Positions 58,820 to 64,000 of a DNA stretch of 64,000 nucleotides are shown piece by piece; the stretch's first letter is position 1; each line of letters begins with the position of its first letter. Under the pieces are notes generated by a model. That model had not been told where the DNA came from. It did no database searches and saw only the letters and a list, made by a program, of their open reading frames with translations. The stretch covers positions 32,138-96,137 of the forward strand of contig CALRTZ010000003.1 of the NCBI GenBank assembly GCA_943371235.1. Direction: 5' to 3'. Source of the stretch: Sphingobacterium thalpophilum (GTDB lineage: Bacteria > Bacteroidota > Bacteroidia > Sphingobacteriales > Sphingobacteriaceae). The position numbers were made by a program, and so were the translations under genes.

Positions 58820-58843
58820 CGAACGGGCGAATTAGCGAACTGG
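58812..58843. repeat. 16-bp tandem duplication spanning the stop codon
   Basis: cgaattagcgaacggg / cgaattagcgaactgg. Confidence 0.85.
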
Positions 58844-59053
58844 CGAGGGGTGCTTTTCGCATAAATGTTGCGTGTGAATAAGTTAATAAATAGTTAATTC
58901 GTTAGGTATTGGCACAGTAAAGTTAGTATATGGTTTAAGAATTATATAAAACTTGAATACTTATTAAAGATATTAATTGAAAGAAATATTGATGCTTTTT
59001 GGATGATTTGCTAGAATAAAATATTCTAAGTAATTTGGTAAACATCCAAAATT

Positions 59054-59737
59054 ATGAGAAACCCTAAATGGCACCGCGACGAAATTATTCTTGCTCTTGA
59101 TTTATATTTCGATAAAGATAGAGGAACAATAAGTAACACTAACGCCAAAATCATAGAGTTGTCGAAAATATTAAACTTACTACCAATATTCGAAGATAAA
59201 CCTGATGAGGTAAAATTTAGGAATGAAAATGGAGTTTGCCTAAAACTATCTAATTTTCTAGCCATTGACCCTAATTATGCTGGTAAGGGAATGACAGGTG
59301 GTTCCAAATTAGACGAAGAATTATTCTTTGAATATAAAGACAAGCTACATGAACTTAATAATATCGCAACCGAAATAAAAAAAATTACTACAGATTCTAA
59401 TTTAATAAATGACATTAAGAAAATAGAAGACGATGAATTAACGGAAACAGACAACGTTAAAGAAGGCCAAGTCATTTATAAATTACACAAGGTTAGAGAA
59501 CGTGATAAAAAAATCATAAAAGCCAAAAAAGATAAATTCAAGAAATTATACGGTAGAGTATATTGTGAAAAATGTGGCTTCGATTTCGAAAAAGTATATG
59601 GAGAAATTGGAAAAGATTTTATAGAATGTCACCATATAATTCCTTTACACAAGTCTGATTATACTAAAACTACTAGATTAGAGGATTTGATACTATTGTG
59701 TTCAAATTGCCATAGAATGGAGCATAGGAGATTGTAA
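59054..59737 (+). CDS. HNH-family endonuclease (stand-alone restriction-like nuclease)
   Basis: C-terminal CEKCGFDF...ECHHIIPL...LLCSNCHRMEH is a CxxC/HNH/CxxC zinc-finger nuclease core. The N-terminal RNPKWHRDEIILALDLYF...KFRNENGVCLKLSNFLAIDP region resembles the one I recall from predicted HNH restriction endonucleases. Confidence 0.85.
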   Translation: MRNPKWHRDEIILALDLYFDKDRGTISNTNAKIIELSKILNLLPIFEDKPDEVKFRNENGVCLKLSNFLAIDPNYAGKGMTGGSKLDEELFFEYKDKLHELNNIATEIKKITTDSNLINDIKKIEDDELTETDNVKEGQVIYKLHKVRERDKKIIKAKKDKFKKLYGRVYCEKCGFDFEKVYGEIGKDFIECHHIIPLHKSDYTKTTRLEDLILLCSNCHRMEHRRL

Positions 59738-59766
59738 ATAGTTAGTTTTAATTTGTGCAATGTATA

Positions 59767-60741
59767 TTATATAGATAATTCAATTTTATATTTTTCTATT
59801 TGTTTATACCATGTTAAATCATCTAACAAGATTGATTCATATGGATTCTGTATAATGAATGGTGTGTAATGAGGTTTATTTATTTCAAGTCTATTTATTA
59901 GATACAACCAATATTCTTCTTTTTTTCGCTTTGCCACAGAATATTCATTTCTTGACCAAAAAAAATAGGGAGTGTTTCCTTCATAAGATTTTACTTCAAT
60001 GTATCGATTTGGATACTTATCATCCTCATTATTATATGATGCAATATCATAGCCTTCATTTACAATATATTCTGCAACCCAGTCGATTATTTTTTGTTGA
60101 TTTAACCTTTTAAATTCAAATTCGAGAACATATTTTTCAGCTTCTTCTCCATAAATCTGCTGTTGCTCCATTGATTTACGAAACTCTTCAATTCCTATCT
60201 TACGATGTTTAATTTCTGGCAAAACAGTTTTATCGAACAATTTTTTATACCGCATATTGATTATGAAGTTATTTAGTGCTGTTGTTGGATGCGTTTTTAT
60301 TGCACCAAAATCAATTAATAATTGTTTGAAATTAGAGTTTTTTAACCCAAAGGCCTTATTGTTAATCTGAAGTGATTTGTAAATAATGTCATGTGATAGA
60401 TACTCAGAACAAAAAATTTTGTGAAATTCGTCATCATCTTTTAGTGTCTTAAAAAGAAATTCTACAAATTTATCTGTCATTTGATTTATACTATTCAAAG
60501 ATTCAATTATTTCGTTATTCAGAATAACAAATTTATTGTCTGTAATCAGTACTCCTGTATTAATTGCCAACTCAAGACAACCATCAAAAATACTTCTACC
60601 ATCTATCACACGATTATAGAACATTTCATCAATGTCAGTTTTTGTGTAATAGTCTCCTTTGTTATCTTTTAATGTGTTAAGCAATTCAAAGTAGTAGTTT
60701 GGAGAACCCAAATTTCCATATCTTCTAAGTTCTTTTAGCAT
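59767..60741 (-). CDS. DUF3883-like (PD-(D/E)xK restriction-endonuclease-fold) C-terminal domain protein with unassigned N-terminal half
   Basis: YGEEAEKYVLEFEFKRL...GYDIASY...RYIEVKSY...WSRNEYSVAKRKKEEYWLYLI gives a D...E-x-K arrangement. The start overlaps the SNF2 gene stop by 17 nt. Confidence 0.7.
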   Translation of the reverse strand: MLKELRRYGNLGSPNYYFELLNTLKDNKGDYYTKTDIDEMFYNRVIDGRSIFDGCLELAINTGVLITDNKFVILNNEIIESLNSINQMTDKFVEFLFKTLKDDDEFHKIFCSEYLSHDIIYKSLQINNKAFGLKNSNFKQLLIDFGAIKTHPTTALNNFIINMRYKKLFDKTVLPEIKHRKIGIEEFRKSMEQQQIYGEEAEKYVLEFEFKRLNQQKIIDWVAEYIVNEGYDIASYNNEDDKYPNRYIEVKSYEGNTPYFFWSRNEYSVAKRKKEEYWLYLINRLEINKPHYTPFIIQNPYESILLDDLTWYKQIEKYKIELSI

Positions 60742-62704
60742 AATTTGATATTAAATCACTTATAATGTCTGTTTCATCATTATTGTCGATTCTTCGAAAG
60801 AGTGGAATATCATCATTTATTATTTGTTCCATACGCTCTACTTTCATTTTAAGCCTATCATTTATTACTTCATCAACTGAATCTTTTGAAATAAAATAGA
60901 AATATTTAGTCAATTGATTTTCTTCTAGTCCAACTCGATGAATTCGATCTTTTGATTGTATAAAATTTGAGCAGTTATAGTCCCTTTCTAAATAAATTGC
61001 ATTGTGGCAACCTTTATGTAGAGAGATTGACTCAGCAACTGAAAATGGATTTGCAATTATGACATTAAAATCTTGATTTGAAGGGTCATTAAATGCTTTT
61101 ATTGTTTCTTCTCGTTCGAATTGAGGTATCTCTCCAATTAAAAGTTTTGATTTTATATTATTTTGGATTAAATAATTTGACAAATCTTTTGCATTCTGTA
61201 TAAAAATTGTCCAAATAATTACCTTTTCATTACCTCGAAGTAATTCATCTAAAAGCAAAGTTAATATGCCCTTAAATTTGGCGGGGATTTCGACATTTTG
61301 ATAATTAATAATTTTATTAAAGAACTCAGAATCATTAACAAATTCTTCAGTGTCTATTGTAAAAATTGCATTCGGGTCAAATTCACCAGTTAACTCATTA
61401 TTTTCCAAAGAGTCTTTTAATGTTTTTGATAACAGAGTTGGGTTCGTTGATGCTTGCCTTAATCGTATAAGTTTTGCTCTATTTAAAACATCTTTTACTG
61501 TTGCAGAATTATTATCCTTGAAGTGTGTTAGATATTGAGATTCAATAAAATCATATATTTCTCTTTGATGTAAATCCATTTCTATTGAAATGTACTTCTC
61601 TTCCACGGGCGGAAGGTTTAAATCGTTTTTTTTAATTCTAATAAAATATGGTGCAATATTCTCCTTTAACTCTTGTACTCGATGAGATTCTGGAGAGCTA
61701 TTGTATGTCATATCTTCCAAATTATGGTAATGAAACTTTAAAATATCTTTGAATTTGAAAGGATAGATGAATTTATATAAATTAAAAATGTCTTGGTAAC
61801 CATTGGGGACTGGCGTACCTGTTAAAATTACTCTTGATACAGCTTCTTTTGATATTTCAGTAACACTCTTTCCCCAAATACCTTCTGGGTTCTTAATCCT
61901 ATGAGCTTCATCAACTATAACCATCGTTTTATTTCGTTTCAAAAAATCAATGATGTCATTTTGATAACGATCTACACCTCCGTGAAATATTAAAGTTAAC
62001 TCATTTGAATTAGGTGAATAAAGATGCTCTAATTTTTGTTTAACTGAAATTTCATTATCTCCAGACATTCTAAATGAATTTGGGAGATGCCCAAAACATT
62101 CTAAATATTCATTTTCCCAAGGAGCAAATGAAGATAATGGACCAATAACAATAAGTTTATTTACATGACGAGGGTTGTTTTTCGATAAACTTTTCAAATA
62201 TGCATATGCACCATAGACAATAGAGGTTTTACCAGCACCTGGAACTGCAAAATTACATGAGTTTTGTGCAAATGCCATATGAAAAGATGACAGCAATTGT
62301 AATGGATAAAGTGGTCTCTTTAATGTGTTTTTTAAGATTCTCTGAAACTCATCAAATTGATCTATTAAAGATTGGTTTTCATTAAATTCGTTATTACGAA
62401 TGGCTCTGGCATTTTCACTAAATATTTCAAAGCTCTCTTCTTCTTTAATAAATGCATTTAATTCTTTTTGTGTGTTATCTGCAATTTGATAAGTGTGCCC
62501 AAATTTATTTAGTAAACTTTGTATTTCTTGAAGTATTTTAATTTTTTTCTCTTCTCGAAAAGTGATAATTAAATCAGAGTTATTAGTTGAATAACTCAAT
62601 CTTTTAAGTGACACTAAAAGTCTATTGTTTTGCAGTAATTCATTTATATCTCCCGATATTACAAATAATTTATTTTCAATATTAGTATCAATAGAGTAGT
62701 TCAT
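60725..62704 (-). CDS. SNF2-family DEAD/DEAH-box ATPase/translocase
   Basis: Motif I VPGAGKTS, motif II IVDEAHRIKN, motif III ILTGTPVPN, motif VI QSKDRIHRVG. About 135 aa of N-terminal extension of unknown function. The ATG overlaps the upstream stop (TAATG). Confidence 0.9.
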   Translation of the reverse strand: MNYSIDTNIENKLFVISGDINELLQNNRLLVSLKRLSYSTNNSDLIITFREEKKIKILQEIQSLLNKFGHTYQIADNTQKELNAFIKEEESFEIFSENARAIRNNEFNENQSLIDQFDEFQRILKNTLKRPLYPLQLLSSFHMAFAQNSCNFAVPGAGKTSIVYGAYAYLKSLSKNNPRHVNKLIVIGPLSSFAPWENEYLECFGHLPNSFRMSGDNEISVKQKLEHLYSPNSNELTLIFHGGVDRYQNDIIDFLKRNKTMVIVDEAHRIKNPEGIWGKSVTEISKEAVSRVILTGTPVPNGYQDIFNLYKFIYPFKFKDILKFHYHNLEDMTYNSSPESHRVQELKENIAPYFIRIKKNDLNLPPVEEKYISIEMDLHQREIYDFIESQYLTHFKDNNSATVKDVLNRAKLIRLRQASTNPTLLSKTLKDSLENNELTGEFDPNAIFTIDTEEFVNDSEFFNKIINYQNVEIPAKFKGILTLLLDELLRGNEKVIIWTIFIQNAKDLSNYLIQNNIKSKLLIGEIPQFEREETIKAFNDPSNQDFNVIIANPFSVAESISLHKGCHNAIYLERDYNCSNFIQSKDRIHRVGLEENQLTKYFYFISKDSVDEVINDRLKMKVERMEQIINDDIPLFRRIDNNDETDIISDLISNYAKRT

Positions 62705-63993
62705 TATAATTTTTTGCTGATTTGATAGCCAATTTGTTGAATTCGTTTAGTCTTTTCTTGGACTTCTTCAACTTCACCTGTTGGTATTTTATTCACTTCA
62801 ATGCTTTCCAATAATTCAATAATATGTGTTAGAAGTCTTGACGGGGATTTCTTTTGAAGAGAATTAAAAATTTTATCCCCTAACTCTTGTACCATTTTTT
62901 GTACTTCGGGTTTAGCAAATGCTTTATGTCCTGTCTTTATTGCTTCAAAAGTTTGAGATGCTCTTTTTATTAATTTTTCAGGTTCATCAGCAGCTCTATT
63001 ATATCCAACTAAATATTTGTGTTCACTAAGGTTCTCCAAAAAAGAACTTGTATCTTTTTCAAATTTTGAACTTTCAAAAAACAATTCATCCCTATTATTA
63101 AGATGAGCTTCAAGATTATTGGAATTAAAATCTATTTCTGGTTCTTTTGGAAGATTTTTTATTATTTCATTGTGTTTACTGGAAAAACTATTCCAAATAT
63201 CTTTATCCCCAAAAAAATGTTTTTCACTATTGCCTTCCGCCAAATTCCTGAATTCTTTACCATCATATTCATTCCTTATCCTTAAATAATCAAAAGCTAT
63301 TATTTTCAAGTCATCAACATCACTATCTGTGTAACCATCAAATGCTTTTTTACTTGATTCACCATAAAATGCATTTAACCATTTACTTAATGACAAAAAC
63401 TGATCTTCCCTGCTATCTAATTGAGTATAAATACCATCATATTCAAGATATTCAAGATAATCATCCATGACCGCCATAGTATCAAGATATTTTTGAATTT
63501 CGCCTTCAGTCTCACCCATCCAATCTGAAATGCTTTTTATAGCCTCAGCATTAGAAATTTTTGGAGTAAGTTTGTCGAATATTTGTTTTGCCTTCAAATA
63601 CTTTTCAATTGGATTATAACCTAACTTTTCATCTTCACCCATTTGATAGGTGGTTTCTAATCTTTCTATTTCTATAGGGTTTTCCTCCAGTGTGACAGGC
63701 AAAACAATGGCTTTAAAATAGCCTGTTCTATCTATAGTATTTAGTAGCATGGCTCTTCTGTTTCCATCAATTATTACCCCGTCTTTAGTAATAATTCCAA
63801 CTTTTTGCTGACCAAAATCTTTAATACTTTGTAAAGTTTTTTTATTACGATCAATTTTTGAGTCCATAAGGAGTTTCTCAATTAAGTTTCGTCCACTTTC
63901 TGTCTCTACATCTATTGCTTGATTTTGCTTTTCTAACGATTTTGTTCTACTAAGTATTCTTCCATTATACTTATTGTAAATTAGATAAGACAA
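62704..63993 (-). CDS. ParB/Srx-like N-terminal domain protein (possibly 5'-truncated by the window edge)
   Basis: LQSIKDFGQQKVGIITKDGVIIDGNRRAMLL fits the ParB N-terminal domain GxxR region, and the rest is acidic and helical. The ORF-track start at 63993 is a TTG, and the frame stays open to position 64000, so the gene may begin outside the window. Confidence 0.65.
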   Translation of the reverse strand: MSYLIYNKYNGRILSRTKSLEKQNQAIDVETESGRNLIEKLLMDSKIDRNKKTLQSIKDFGQQKVGIITKDGVIIDGNRRAMLLNTIDRTGYFKAIVLPVTLEENPIEIERLETTYQMGEDEKLGYNPIEKYLKAKQIFDKLTPKISNAEAIKSISDWMGETEGEIQKYLDTMAVMDDYLEYLEYDGIYTQLDSREDQFLSLSKWLNAFYGESSKKAFDGYTDSDVDDLKIIAFDYLRIRNEYDGKEFRNLAEGNSEKHFFGDKDIWNSFSSKHNEIIKNLPKEPEIDFNSNNLEAHLNNRDELFFESSKFEKDTSSFLENLSEHKYLVGYNRAADEPEKLIKRASQTFEAIKTGHKAFAKPEVQKMVQELGDKIFNSLQKKSPSRLLTHIIELLESIEVNKIPTGEVEEVQEKTKRIQQIGYQISKKL

Positions 63994-64000
63994 AGGAATA

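Noticed and set aside
2790-58843. Could the tandem arrays be CRISPR arrays?
   Set aside because: The units are 7-16 bp and directly abutting, with no unique spacers. No cas genes are present in the window.
58563-58862. 99-aa Pro/Ser/His-rich minus-strand ORF
   Set aside because: It is the antisense strand of the G-rich CTD-coding segment. Its composition is a direct by-product of the G-richness of the sense strand.

Overview
AT-rich Bacteroidota-type chromosomal segment, indicated by T9SS C-terminal sorting domains, gldH, an Alternative Complex III plus aa3 oxidase cluster, and no obvious Shine-Dalgarno sites. About 58 kb is housekeeping. It includes prfA, lpxH, ftsH, rsfS, birA, a dsbD-like gene, gmhA, a comM-like gene, mrp, nifU, def, ruvX, holB, PSP1, gldH, murF, typA and one tRNA-Asp. 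A 17.6-kb minus-strand respiratory block (37849-55434) runs actABCDEF, oxidase subunits II and I, ctaA, cyoE, two subunit III genes, subunit IV, SCO1, DUF420 and DUF983. Two large T9SS-secreted proteins are present. The best candidate for an undescribed system is at the right edge (about 58.9-64.0 kb), in a block that looks more AT-rich. There, three translationally coupled minus-strand genes encode a ParB-like protein, a complete SNF2 ATPase and a DUF3883-type PD-(D/E)xK protein, and they converge on an HNH nuclease gene. I cannot match this combination to a named defence system, and it may continue beyond the window. Other notable features are listed here. (1) An IS200-like/RAYT Y1-transposase cassette is bounded by inverted arrays of 8-bp tandem repeats and GC-rich hairpins. 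(2) Intergenic tandem arrays with 7- or 8-bp periods occur throughout, as dispersed identical copies, as palindromes between convergent genes, or as inverted pairs around inserted DNA. (3) An extremely G-rich segment encodes the T9SS C-terminal domain right at the island border. (4) The tRNA-Asp is surrounded by three decayed tRNA-like copies. No CRISPR array, rRNA or integrase was seen.
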